NCBI RefSeq assembly: GCF_031769215.1
Contig: NW_026782164.1
Coordinates: forward strand, 62,001 to 126,000
Source: Ylistrum balloti
Taxonomy: Eukaryota
Direction of reading: 5' to 3'
Length of the DNA stretch: 64,000 nt
The position numbers were made by a program, and so were the translations under genes. Positions 25,613 to 40,600 of the stretch are shown piece by piece. A model generated the notes under the pieces. The model was given only the letters and a program-made list of their open reading frames with translations. It was not told where the DNA came from and ran no database searches. How positions within the stretch are numbered: the first letter of the stretch is position 1; every line of letters starts with the position of its first letter.

Positions 25613-28600
25613 GTAAGTATGACCTATTTGTACATCTAGATCCTGCAGTTAATTGATTCTTATCGAACATGTAGGAATAGGGCTCACTGTCATCAGAATT
25701 TTTATCTATGTTTACTTTGAAGTGTTTAACAATCTCATTTTTTTGTCATTGTACATGTATTGATTTACATGATGCTATAAATGTTCAGTTATATTTTGAT
25801 TAAAGATGAGAGAAACCATCAACATTAGCATATATAATTGATTTTCAAATAGTTTTGTTATGCAATCTGATTTTGATATATGGTATAGGAGACTTAGTCA
25901 TGATTACAGGGGCTTTAAAATTTTCTAAAGTTTTAATTTTATTTAGAAGTCCTTTTCATTTTGATTCAATTTTAACTCTTGATCACATGCTTTCACAGAG
26001 TGACATAATTAGAGGGATCTAGCAGAATAATCTTGTTAATTAAAGGTCAGCATTAAGTCTTAATTAAGATTTTGATGGTAGCAATTAATCTGGTGTGTTA
26101 ACAGTTTTATGAAATTTTAATAAATAACAAAATAACTTCTTTTTTCAAAGAATCATTTAGGATTTACCTGACCTATTTTACAAATGAATTATTCTTCAAA
26201 AGTCTCATAGCTCAATGCCACTTTACCACAAAGAACTTTTTGCAGAGATCCTTTGAGTTTGTAAATACTATACTTAACAACAGTATGCATGTGTGGGCTT
26301 ATCACCAGACATCGGCTTAATACTGAATAAATCGGGTAAAAGATATAGAAAAAAAGCTGGTTTTTATGTTGAGCTTAGGTCATCAAATCACGCAAAGAAT
26401 CTTAAAACAAAGTTGTATGACATGTTGAAGATAACAGATATATTGACAATAGGATGGTCTCACTATTTCTGAAGCAATCCTGGACACAGAGCCACTTATA
26501 TTGTGTAGTGAATTCTGATATTTTCTAATGTCTCTATTCATTGTCAGAGCTTATTTTGACACATCTGTCACTACCACCAGTGGGGATATATAATGTGTTG
26601 AACTATATACAATCTATTCAGTATCAGTGTTGGTATGTAGGAATTAACATCCAATCAACCTTAAAGAAAATAGATTGAAAAAGAAGCCCCATTAAGCCTT
26701 AACCATTATCTTAGACATGTTTTATAAAGTCATCAGTGTTTAAGTAATGTTTATCAGACATTTCTCATAGAAATATCTCTATTATGCCTTCATTTGTGTT
26801 ATATTATGTGTTTTAGTATAAATACATTAAAACATCTAAAGCTATTAACCTCAAATGAAACAGATGCAATGTAATTTAACTTTGTAATGTAATTTGAGAA
26901 AAGGAATTAAATGAAATCTCTTTATCTAAACTGATACTTGAAAAGGTATTGATAATTCCACAGCATTACTTGGTGTGATTAAGGAATATCTGTGACTCCA
27001 TACCTCTGTAACATTTAGGACATATTATTAGCTCATAGTTGACACAAATTCAAGGCATATTTCTTGACAGTATCACAATTATTAAAAAGAAAATGTTTAT
27101 GTTTGATCTTCTTATTTTCATTTGATATGATTAAAACTATAACAGTTTTGATACTCTGGAATCACATATTATTGCAGGGCTAAATTTTCATGGCTGTAAA
27201 AAAAGTCATTGTTTTCTAATGGACAGCTGGTTATATGGATAAGTATAGCTCAGTAAATGTTCTTATTGTAATTTGAACAGTCAGTAGATATATGAATTCA
27301 TAGAATAAGAGTGCCTGTGAAATCAACAAAAATTCCTGATTTTTTCGGTAGTATAACAGTGTTGTTGATAGCAGCTGGTTACGATCCACCAACATAACAA
27401 AGATATTGACTCTAGTATGAACTTTTGTTTAAGGATTAAAGAAAATAGAGAAATAGTAAACTCCAACATACACATATGTTAGTTCTTATGGAGATTTTTC
27501 CATCTTGGAGATTTTTCTTTGCTGGTTTTCTGAAAACAAGTAAAGCAGTGACATAGTATTTTATATAATAATCAGTTAAAAAGGGGGTTGATATTTAACT
27601 GAGCACAAGTGACCAGCACAATCCAGTTTGTTGAAGAGGTGTGAATATTTCAAGTCTATTGATCCTGCTATACAAGGCATGATAGGTTGTAAACAGTTAA
27701 TTAATAAATCAATAACCTATTATAATTATGTCATGAAATCTGAATAAGGCCCAGAAATTGTTTAATTACCAGAGAGACACCTGTTGTGATAGGAGGCACA
27801 AGCTTGAAATGTCTCGTATTGATAAGAATACTTTTAATTAAACTTACTGATTTATTTAGCCAATCAGACTCCTCAGATTTTTTTTAACATTTCAAAATGC
27901 GGAACAAAAACTGTAAAACTTTATTCTAATTACTGATAAGAAAGAATTGCATTAGTTCTCTGACTAATAAAGTTTGTACTAACAGAAGCTTAATTTCAGT
28001 CTCTAAATTGTAACTGTGTGGATGAATATATGTTGGTGAAAGAAAAGGACAGTTGAGAAAGCATATGAATGGTCATCTTTCAGCAGTAAACTGCGGAGAG
28101 AATCAATGTTTGTATCAACCTTTCAACCTCCATTCCATTCTGTCAATAAATTTCTGCATTTTGGAAAACAATTAACCACCATACAAATGGCCCACATTGA
28201 ACACACCCTTCTGTAGACAACGTGATGAACACTATATTAGACTGCTCGGCACTGTTGCGCCATATGGCTGCAATGACGGCCTGACTCTGTAAGAAATTTG
28301 TCCTGTCCTGGATGTAGTAACACTAACGTTTTGGCTTTATTCACTCATAAACCTAGAGGAAATCTTAGACATAGGCTATATATGAAATCTAGCAATATAC
28401 CGTCATGTTTGAAAATCTAATTGCGTTACAAAAACCACTAGGTGTTCATCATGTTCGAACTATGTTATATTTGCTTCCTCTCTCTGCTTCTAGTGGATTC
28501 AGCTAATACTGCTTCTGGTGACAAGTGGAAACTAGCTTGGAGACTTGATAAAATTATTGATGATGTGACATAAACCTCTTTAAACCTATCCATACAGATG

Positions 28601-31600
28601 GCCGCAATCCTCCAATAACTCGCCAATTTATGAATATTGAGTTTGTAAATAAGGGAGTTGATACTTTAAACATCCGCAATGGGTGAAACAAGAACATGCT
28701 GCATTGGATTCACTTTCTGAGTGGGTTAAATCCATTCGGTCCATTAATTGTAAAAGAATGAGCAGCTTGAAATTAAAAATTGGAAATAAAACAATGGCCA
28801 ATCTTTGATCCTGATGATAAATCCACACTTCAAGTTTTACATGACAGGTATGATGTTGTACTTGCAGATAAGGTGTTCAGTAACTTGATTTTTTTTGCGC
28901 AAACATTATTACATATCTGTATACAAAAAGAACTGGTCTTGCTTGATAGCGAAGGAAACCCCAAACATATATTATGCAATCATTCAAATGACGAGATACT
29001 GGATAACCATACTTTGGTATTACAATCATTCAAATTGCCTATTAATGATAAAGATCTGGACAACCCTCGTTGATACTGGAACCCTAAACTTTACAAGAAT
29101 CGATATAAACAATGTTTTATAACTGGTTTGACTAACTGTTCAATCAAGCCCTTGTCTAAACTACTAACACTAACCACCATCCTAAGGACTAGCAAATCTG
29201 AATTACAGTCTTATTTTGATACTGTTTACTCTAGAAGTGGAATTAATAGTATGGGGATTTTGAAGAACACCCTCTTCTAAAAGAACATTTCTTCTATAAG
29301 AACATTTGATGCAAAGTCGTTTAAATTTCACCTTCAGATATGTTGATGATGTCTTTTCTTTGAATACAAGAAAGTTTTTTGACTCCATCTTCATATATAT
29401 CCACCAGAACTTTAAATCAATGATATGACAGACTCTTCTACATCAACTGCTTATCTCAATCTTTCTCAACAATGAAACCAACATGGACAGCTTTCCATCA
29501 AGTTGTATGATAGATGTGATGATTTCAATTTCCCTACTGTGAATTTTTCATTTCTCATATCCCTGTATCTCCAACCTATGGTATTTACATGTCACAATTG
29601 ATTTGATATTCAAGGGCCTATTCCCATTATCACAATTTTCGTGCAAGAAGTCGTCTACTGACTGACAAACTCATAACACGATGGTTTAAAAGATGCAGGT
29701 TGAGGAAAAATTATGAGGCAGTTTTATGGTCTCCATAGTGATCTCATTGAGAAATATTCAATTTCTTTGTGCTACATGAAGCTGGAAGTATTTGGTGCTT
29801 ATTAGTTTGCCAGTTGGTTCTGTTCTTTTATACCTTGTTCTCATTTGAGAACCTGACATTACTTACTTGGATTGACCAAGGTTTACATGGCGGGTGTCAT
29901 CCATGAAGCAGAATATGCTTACTCTTCCGGTACATCTGGTCTTATTATCCTTGTACTTTTTCAGGAGTCTCGGTCTAAATCTTTCTTTTGTCCATATTTT
30001 GCCCTAGTTTTGTGGAATTTGAGTTTGAATTATGATTATGTTGCCATGTTGGTATCTTCTTGGTTTTTTAATTTTTTTTTTTTTAATTATCAGTTAGTTA
30101 ATATAGCATTATATTGTCAGTCATTCTATTACACACACTGTATGACTATTTCTTAATACAAGTATAACACTTTCTGACATAATTGATCTCAGTCTGTAAA
30201 TTAAAAAATGTTTAGCATATTAATTTCCTTGATAAATGAAAATGATAGCGTTATTTCAGTCAATTGTTGTAATTGATCGGATGAGAGTTGTAATTAAAGA
30301 TTCATGAAAAAAATGGCTTTATTGTCCATTATCTTTTGAAAAAATATTGTGTATTGAGTTCAAAATTCCAATAAAACACTGTAATGCAAATGATGCTGTA
30401 TACTTTTTTGTCACAATGAAATGTTGTAGTCAAAAATATTAATGAAATTCAGCTTTCCCCAATTTTTACTGACTGCATATGCCAGTCATTTTGCCTGTAA
30501 AATCAATAGGCTGCTGTAGAAAGGAATAATTGAAAAAGCTGAAAATAATCACTTTGATGTATTGACATGTGTGTTTCCATCAATCTAGGCATAGCAACAT
30601 GTGTCATGTAAATAGAAAGCTGGCATCCATGAATTTTTAGATGGTAATAAAGTATTTTCATATACTGTGACACAACCTGTTTGTAAAAATAAGAATTTTA
30701 GTTAGAAAGTCGTCAATAAGCTGCTGTTTATGAAAGTCATAATGATGAACATTTTGGCAGAATATCTTAGTACAGACAAATTGTCTCTATTTAAACAGTA
30801 TAACAGGTGCCATTTATCCTCTACCCGGATTGGCTTCATATCAACAGTATTTCCCATGTGGTAATAGTTAATTATCTATATTTCCAAGCATTAATATCTT
30901 TTTGAAAAAATCAAAACAAAAGAAAAACCATTAAATACATTGTTCAAACTTCCTGTTTAGCCGAATACCAATGCCAGCTAGTATAAATCTGAATACAGCC
31001 ATAAAAATATTACAGTTCCTTGTGTCATCATATATAGTAATTGTATAAATAAGCATAGTCACATATTGAACTTGATTATAGATACAAAAGAGTAATCTCT
31101 CTTAATTTTTTTTAATAATTACTTTATTTTTTCATTTGTTCAAAATAAAGCAGTTTATTGCTTTTTGATATTTCATTAAAATGAGATCAAGTTCTGTCAG
31201 ATTTCACAAAACAATGTGTCTAGTGTTCCTTCAGGAATGATTTACGTTTTCGTGTTGTGGAATGGATGAAACGAAGTTGAGAAACTGATATATTATGTTA
31301 TTTTATGGTACTAATAATGATTTTGAGACAAAATTACATGTTTGACAATAGATTTGTTCTGTTAAATTTAGATGGCTTTGTAAAGTTACTTATTTTTTGT
31401 GGAGATGTTACTTAAGTCCAACAACTCCGGATATGCCAGTACACTGTATATTGATACTGGAGGGAAAGGACTGGTGGTCAGTTTTTTTTGCCTAGGAGAC
31501 ATCTAGATGTATTAATTCCAACGCTGACGGAATTACTGTAAATTGAGTATACAGTCTCATATACTACAATTTGGCATATTAATGACTTATAGGCGAATGC

Positions 31601-34600
31601 AAGACTGAATGTAGATATTACATTTATATCTACCAGGATTACTTTTTGGTGGACAGCTCACCTTGACCACCCAATTTGTATTCATACGCTTGACCAGATG
31701 GGAGTTCATAGCCTGATATATTCCCATCTGGATTACATAGAACCAAATGGGAAACTGACGGTAGAATGGAAAGATAGAAATTCTATTTGTAAGAAATTAG
31801 ATCCTGTTGAAATAATGATATTGCATGTATAATTCATTTCTGTTTTTGTAAGGTGAATTTACTTATGTCTATAAGCATTAAGATATATCTATCCAATTGT
31901 CTTTTGATGCTCACAGGGATTTTTTGTCATTCACAGGTTTACGAATACGAATATTCAACCTTGTAATCAAGCTTCTAACATGTGCCCTGTACATTGTGAG
32001 AGTCTCTATGGATGGGTTGTCCAAATGGTAAGTGCCCAAACTAACAGGTACCCTTTACATTTTAGGGTATCTCTGAATAGTTCGTCAAAATGGTATAATT
32101 GTCCTACAAATGTGTGCCATTTTGCACCATAAATATTACATGTCCAATCTGACATGTGCCCTTTATATTCTAAGAGTGTCTTTAGTTGGTTAATGTCCAA
32201 AAAGGTGACCAATTGCATGGTCTGACTTTGGCCATGTACATTGTCCGTATGATCTAGTTGTCATTAAATTGTATCTGTTCAGGAATTAACTGTCATTGGG
32301 GATTACTTGTTGAATATTTTATATGCCTTGCTATTTCATGAATGACATTTTGGTTTTACGGATACCAATCCTCTCATGAGCTATATATATATATATATAT
32401 ATATTAAGGTCTACCTGAATCAAATTGTCTTCTCATGAGCAATTTGATATGTTTTGGATTACGTAAACCTTTATTGAGAGATGAAGTATGAGAACACTGA
32501 GGATAGTTGTTTCAAAGTTCTGAAGGCAAACTCATCATTACCACTGGGTATAGATCTGTAGATCAAATGATGATCTCAATGCATTGTCTGACATTTTCCC
32601 ATTCTCAAAACATATTCATTTAATTGAACATGCATCAGTGTTATATTGCCTGTGTTTTTTTAAGTCTCTAAAGGACATACATGAATGTGTATTGTGTGGT
32701 ATCCTTCCAGCTCAGACTTGATCAATATGCTGGAAAAACTTTCACTCTCTATTACCTAATTGTTGTATGAAGGTGTAGGAACCAAATAGACAAAAATGGT
32801 AACATTTGATGGTAATCAAGATGGTGTTATTTTTTGACATTATCCTGACCTTTCCTATGTAATTACTACATGTACTTTGGATGTCTTTATGCTGATGAGA
32901 CATATAGGTTCGTCAGCATTTAAATTCCAGGAGTTCCTGTTCAAGTGGAAGTCATTTGGTAATGGAAAGCCTCCCATTAACTATTAACTTGTGTTTGTAG
33001 CTGGGGATCTCATTCAAAGCCTTACCCTTTACTATTCCTGGCATTTTCTTAAATACCACAGTTGTTAAGGGCATGCTTTTACAACCTCCTCTTGCACCAC
33101 AAGCATTATGTACAAGATAGATTCTACCCAAACAGGACTATTTTTTTATGATGATCCATCTACTGACAAACTGCTTGCTCAAGGGTGTTGAAAGTTTGTG
33201 ATTTTAAGTATTTTCAGCATCCTGAAAACCACCTTGACAACTCAAGTCTGAGCTTTGTTAAAGGGTATAATGTACAATGATTACTTACGTTTTATTGTGT
33301 TAAAATGGTATTCATGTACTGATAATGCTCTTTGTTTAATGGCTTCTGAAACTTGTAACCTCAGCAATGCCAAAAGTGTTTCTGTGATTTACATTTGCAA
33401 ATTCTGAATGACTGCTGTAAACTTCAGTACACCGTTTTGAGTCAAACATTGAAGCACAAGGAGTTTTAACAGATTGCCAACCTATGGTCCATATTTGTGT
33501 GTTAAGTTTTTATCCTCTGAAAAATGGAAATTGTCTATGAAAACTAATTCAGAAAACATAATTAGTTTATTCGAAGTGTAAGATTAAAAAAAAAATATTT
33601 AAGAAGTTTTTTATGGAAAATTTGAAATTCATTGAATTTTTCATTCTTAAGATATAAATTATATGCTATTATCATCAGTGAAAAATGAAAAGATTGCATT
33701 TTTTGTTAAGAAGTGACAGCCATATTGTTGACATGAAATTTTGACAATAAAATGACACAATGCCATCAATGGACTTTCTGCCACATGTGTAGATTTTGCA
33801 GGTTACCACCTATTTCAGTGTTATACATATCCATGGACCATGGTCAAGTGCCATGTTTCTGTACCCTGGAGGGCACCCTATATCTGTTGGCTAGATTTGA
33901 GGTTTGTCTTGTGAAACCAATTTTTATTATGTAATTACTTACTTTGACTTCGGTAGGCATATCTTCCACTAATTCCCATTTTTGTTGGTATGTTTACAAA
34001 AAGGAGAGCCCAATAAACCTCCCTCAGGGAGACACTCTTGCCTGCCTGTCATACCTGCATGACTGTAAATACATTGTTCTTTATCACTGACGCCGCAGGG
34101 AAAAGTGCAGGATAAAAAGAAAAGGGAAAGCAAGAATTTTGAAACAAAAAATGGGAGAAATTTATGAAAAGTACTACATTATAAAGATTTCCATTTCATT
34201 TCAGTAATAATTACCATAACTTTAGTATGCATTATTCATCTTACTGTCTCACATCGCAGCACCAAATCCAATCCAGGGAAGTAAAAAGACCTGAACTAAA
34301 TACCCAACGGAAAAACTTAATAGATAGTCAATGTAAGATGCGACACATACTACTGACTTCCAGAAGAGAGAACAGCCATTGACTGCACCACAAACATAGG
34401 ACAAAGAGAGAAAAAAGGTCATCAGAAACTGAAGCCAATGAGCTCAGGTTAAAGTCAGTAAACATGGCCTATTCTTGCCGAAGGCAGCCGACATGACGTC
34501 ATGAAAAGAAGAGCCTGAGAAGAGAGCCCAAGACGTAGCAAGAGCCCTGACTTCATGAGCCCTTACCTTGAACTGCCTTATGATGTCCTCATCAGAGTGA

Positions 34601-37600
34601 TCATAAAGAAAATGGATTACTTCACAGATCCATCTGGAGATAGACTGAGAATTAATGTCCTGTTTACCCTGTTTGATTAGCAGAAGCAATCAAGAACAGG
34701 AACCTCACCCCTCCCTCCCTGTTTTTAATTTTTAGATAAACCCTGGATAAAAATGCTAGGTCTGGCAAGGACAGAATAAACTGCCATTGTATCAGCTGCC
34801 CCAACAGAAACCAAAAAATGGATCCTAGTGGGCTCAGGAGAAAATCCAGGAACCTAATGCATAGCTATGAATGCAGGATAGGTGACTATAGACACCGCAG
34901 AAAACACCTTAAACCAATGAAGATAAGAAGGAAGATATGACCCAAAAGCACCCAGAAGCCAAGGAAATAAATAAAACCATCTTTAAAGTTCGAAACTTGA
35001 GAGAGGCCTTACCAATTGACTCATATGTGACTCTAGTTAGGTAATCCAACGCAAAGGCTGGATTCCATTGTGGGGCTAACTGTTTGACTCTCACCAGACC
35101 AAAACCCCTAAGTAGAGCAGACAAAGAAGGGGAAGTGCTTTATTTACTGTCTTCCATGAGAGACAATGCACTGGCCAAAGTAGAGCAATAGTCAGCGTTG
35201 GTTCCAGATGCTAGATTGTGCTCTCTGAACAAAGACAGGAGAAAATCAGCAATCACCGAAACAGGAGTTTTGAGTGGATCAATCTGGAGAAGAGGAAGAC
35301 CTGATAGACCTTGTGATGCTCTCTGTCTTGTCCTCAGAAAACCCTGCCTGAACAAGGCCTCCCATGATAGCTGTCCAAGCCACTGGAATGGGGAGTGAAG
35401 ACTCATAGTTTGGTATGCTGTGGTAATTAGATCTATGTTAAGTATGTCCAAAGCCTGACATACCTCTCAGAAAACTAAAGGTTTTAGCTACCATTCTGTC
35501 AACACCGTCTGACAATGCCTAGGGAGAGTGTTGGCCAGGATGCTCAAGCAGCCTGGAAGATGCTTGACCTGAATGGTCAAGTGCATTTGGTGATAAAACA
35601 GAAACCTGATAGCCAAGGCACACAGAACATGAGATCTGGTGCGCCACCCTGTCATGGACGCATCTGTACAGAGGGTCATAGTGGGGTTTGGCCTGTGGAG
35701 GGAAACACCATAAAGCCCTTCACTGACTTGGTTAATAAGAGCATTCCTTCCCAATACCAGGAAGCAGGGACCAATATGGCGAGCAGGAACATTTACAAGG
35801 GTCTGATGTGAAGACGTCCCAATAGATCTACATCTGCCAGGGAGTAAAGATACCTCAGAAACCTGAGGAACCAAAGCACCTGAGCCCCAGACATGAAAGC
35901 TAGAGCCAAGTCTCGAGCCTTTATAAACAGATCCTTTGATTGGACTCAAGCTTCTTGAAAAGAATGCCTGAGGCCACAGAGCCCTCTTTCAGATCCTTCA
36001 GTATAATAGGCAAGACCCTGCTGAATTGAGTAGGACCATTGAAGGGGGCCATCGAAATTTGTGAGTGGAAGGGTTTGCTAAGCTGAATATCCCCACAGAT
36101 GGAAATCGGCAAGGGAGCATTATGCCAGCAAGCAGCAAGCACTGCAATGCTGCTGCTGAACTTAATCCTGAATTCAGGGCAGACATCAGTCCTCGGGCAG
36201 ATCAGACAATCTTTACAAGGATACCCTGAAAAAAGTTCACATACAGCAAGATATGAAGTGAGAGGCAGAATATACTCTTAATGTTCCTTAGGCTGAAACA
36301 CCACTTGGTCTACTATCTCCTAGACCAGGAAGATAAGTCCCTCGATTCCAGCTAGTTTAAGAGTGAACAAGCAAAACAACCCAAAAATGAGGAACAGTAA
36401 ACAAAACTGGACACAGATGGAGATAATGGAGTGAGAAATCCCCGCCAATACAATTAACAAATAAATGGGAAATATAAATGGTAAAGCTACTATGAAATAT
36501 GACAAAATCCACAGCAATATCACCTTGTATTTCTGGAAAGTCACCGAGACATTTTGAAAAAAGCCAGCCAGCTGACTGCCATAGATAAAGAAGGATGTAT
36601 TTCTGGTTGTGCAAAGGTATGACAGGCAGGCAGGAGGGGCTCCCTGGTGGGGGGAGGTTATTAGACTCTCTATTTTGTTTATATTATACAATCAAATGAT
36701 TGGAAATCAGTGGAAGATATTCATACTATATACAAGTTATAGGAATTGTTACTAAAATGAAATTGAAGGGCAAAGGTCACATATAGAAATGACTTGTGAC
36801 ATCTGTTTAATTTAACAGTGAATTTTGTGGGCAGCATCTAGATGATTCAACCAGTCTAATGTGTAATCAAATTAGAAAGGTTGATCAAAGTTATCAAAAA
36901 GCTTGTTTGCTTTTATCTTTGGAAAACTGAATCATTAAATTCAATCATGCTGATGATCTCCACTTGAGATTTTCATACATCATTCACAGACATCTTGACA
37001 CTTGTTATTGGCTGTTGGCAAGAGGAGATTCCTACAATCAGTGGTATCATGTCTTCTTTTGTCCTCTTTTGATTCACACTTTTGTCTTAACTATTGGAAT
37101 TTCATTTAAACTTTATACAGTGTGTTTTCACTGAAAAGTGTGCCTGGGATTGCTGTTTAGATGGTTTTCCTATAAGATTAAAGGTTTATAAGGTCACTGT
37201 AGCAATGTGCCATGTAGAAAATACAGTTTCACACAATCTGCTGTGCTACTAAACTGTTCACGATTTATAAAGTGAAATTATTATGAAATTTAACATCTGA
37301 CTTTAGTCAGTGGTTAAAATTCAAATATTCAAATGATATATATGACTGACTTAAAAAAAAATAGACATGATATTCAAATGAAATCGTTTTCCATGTTACA
37401 AATTATTGGCAATGGATTGTTTGTGTTGTGTTTTCCAGCCAACAGCTCTCAAATGGAACAGTTGTGGAGACACAGGACTGTTGGACTCCGGTTGATGCAG
37501 ATCGCTTCCAGGAAAATCCATCTATCAACTGGTAAATAAACAGAGCAATATGAAATTTATGAATGGAACTTTTAAGTTGTATAGTCTGAAATCTGTTGAT

Positions 37601-40600
37601 CTAAGCAATTGTTGAACAGCTGATATTAAAGGGTCACCAAAGTTTGTTCCCTGTCTTTTCCCATTATTAAGTATATGCTGCTGTACAAGTTGTATTTAGT
37701 AATTTCTATGATATTTTGTTTGGTTCTCTAACATTGTCGAGTATCAATGGTTACAGTATATATGGTACATTTAGGGATTTCTTTGTTGAAAATGAAACTT
37801 TTATGCCTGAATTTTACAGGATTACATACATCTAGTATTGTTGTATCACTTCGCTATCCCCATATCATTCACTGTCCTGAGTCTCATACATCTAGATCAT
37901 CTCTCCTTAAGCCTTCACAAATTCCCAATTTCTCAAGAGATTTGTGTTGTTCGATACAAACCATTCTAATCAGGGAATTATATTCCCTAGCAATAAATGT
38001 TGGGAAAGGGACATGTGTATGTACTAACATGACATAACATTTATCCTTGTCAACACTCTAGCATCCTCATTCCTTCAAAGATTTTAGGTCTGATTTCACA
38101 TTCATGTAAAGGACTGAAATATTTTGGAGTTTTAGAGTTTTTTGGTGGTAGGACCTGATTTTGGAAAGTCCTTGTCAGTGCTCGGCATGCTTCTTTTCTC
38201 ATTTTGATCTAATTTAATATACATTTGGACAACGCAACGATATCTTAGACCAGAGAAAATTTCAGGTTGTAGTGTTAAGGTCATTGATACTATTTTTAGA
38301 AATTCCTTGTCAGCATTATTCTGGCTTCATTCCTTCAAGGCTTTTGATAAAATGTCACACACTGATAAAAGTCAGTAATGTATCAGAAAAGATCTGTTTC
38401 GTGGTTGTTTGGTCAAGGCCACTGTTGCTATTTTTAGAAATCTATGCTATCAATTATGTGGTTTCCAACCTTTACTAAGAGTATGATAAAAAATATATAC
38501 TTCAAAGATTGTGTTAAACATACAGACATTTGGTTTTAAAAAAAGTTCAGTAGTCTAGGGACAAAAAGACCAGATGCAAGAACAGAAAGAAAAATATAAA
38601 TAACTTTAAAGGTAGAATTTTCAGAAAAAATAGTAACACACTTGTTTACATAGTTAAAAGATTTAGTGTAACTTGTTATGTAGTAAGAGATCTAACAAAA
38701 CTTAAACATCTAACAAAAATCTATCCAGAAATCCTGTACAAATTTCTGTGTGAGATGAACTAGAACACCAAAAGAAATCTAAATAAGGCATACCACAGGA
38801 TACAAATCCTCTCACTGTTCCAACTCGACTAATGCACAATAAAGAACCCATAGCCAAGTGTGAGAAGTTTGATCTCAATCCCTCAAGGAATGAAACCATT
38901 AGAGTGCAGACATTGATATTCTAGAAATAGTGATGGTGACCTTGACCCTATACAACCCTGAAACCTGTCTGTAATATTATGGTCCTTTCTAAGAATGAGA
39001 ATTTGATTGAAATCTTTCTAGAAATGAAACCGCTAAAGTGGTGAGAAAGATTTTGACTTTGACCCTACAACCTTGACACTAAACATTGTTCTTGATATTA
39101 TGTTCCTTTTATAAGAATTCAGAGTTTGATAAAAATCCCTTGAGGAAGGGAGATTGTACTGATTGAAAACCAGTGTCCATCTACTTGTCTCTGAATGGAG
39201 GCTTAGATCTGTCAATTCATCAATACAAAATGTATTATGAGTACAGTGACGGTGTTGCACTTGTTATATGTTGAACATTTGGATGACTTTCTTTTGTTAA
39301 ACACCAATGCTATTTTTCGGTCATCTGACCAAAGGGTCTGATGACCTATTGCGATCGCCTTTTGTCCAGCGTCGCCTGTTGTCCATCGTACGTCGTAAAC
39401 ATTTTCAACTACTTCTCAACTTCTACATGGGTCATTGAGCTGAAACTTACCTGAAATGATTGTGACATGATCCTGACCAAAGTTTGTTAATTTCGGGTTG
39501 GTCCGAAATCCAACATGGCCGCCATCTTGAAAACACATTTTTGACTTCTCAAGTTCAAAATTTGAAATCTTGTATTTTATGTCAGATGACCGTTAAGGCC
39601 CATGGGCCTCTTGTTAAGAGGGTTTTTAAGATGACCTGTAGAATACAGTTTCCTATACTTCATGTTGGTTATAAAACTCTTGACCCTTCCTTAGAATTAT
39701 ATTTTAGAGAGTGGAGTATATTGCTAATATCTTATTTTGAATTATGACTAATTGATAATGTTTTTCACTTCTTTCTTTTATTGGCTTTCAGGAACAGGAT
39801 CCTGTGGGTGAATCGTTCTGGTGGTCTATGGTTCATCCAGGTGTGGGTCGCTGGAATTAGCCTTATAGAAACCATTCTTGTCCAGTATCTCAGTTATAAG
39901 GTAAGGCTTTCTGATATAAGATTGGTTTGCTATGTGTTTTCTATCTACATGACTGTGCCCATTACTAGGATTCCCCACAGAGTTTCCTTTATCTGAAGCT
40001 AGTGTACCTGTCACCTAATTCCCCACACAGTTTCCTTTATCTGAAGCTAGTGTACCTGTCACCTAGTTCCCCACACAGTTTCCTTTATCTGAAGCCAGTG
40101 TACCTGTCACCTAGTTCCCCACAGAGTTTCCTTTATCTGAAGCTAGTGTACCTGTCACCTAATTCCCCACAGTTTCTTTTATCTGAAGCTAGTGTACCTG
40201 TCACCTAGTTCCCCACAGAGTTTCCTTTATCTGAAGCTAGTGTACCTGTCACCTAGTTCCCCACAGAGTTTCCTTTATCTGAAGCTAGTGTACCCGACAC
40301 CTAGTTCCCCACAGTTTCTTTTATCTGAAGCTAGTGTACCTGTCACCTAGTTCCCCACAGTTTCTTTTATCTGAAGCTAGTGTACCTGTCACCTAGTTCC
40401 CCACAGAGTTTCTTTTATCTGAAGCTAGTGTACCTGTCACCTAGTTCCCCACAGAGTTTCCTTTATCTGAAGCTAGTGTACCTGTCACCTAGTTCCCCAC
40501 AGAGTTTCCTTTATCTGTAGCTAGTGTACCTGTCACCTAGTTCCCCACAGAATTTCCTTTATCTGAATCTAGTGTACCTGTCACCTAGTTCCCCACAGTT

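Noticed and set aside
29880-29945. Possible HDV-like ribozyme fold in the retroelement tail (GGCGGGTGT...CTTACTC..CC)
   Set aside because: I could not build P1.1, P2 or P4 in either copy; too degenerate to support.
32889-32920. CTGATGA motif suggesting another hammerhead
   Set aside because: It is a simple inverted repeat (ATGCTGATGA...TCGTCAGCAT) with no GAAA core; the CTGATGA hits near 36950, 39338 and 44710 also lack the full architecture.
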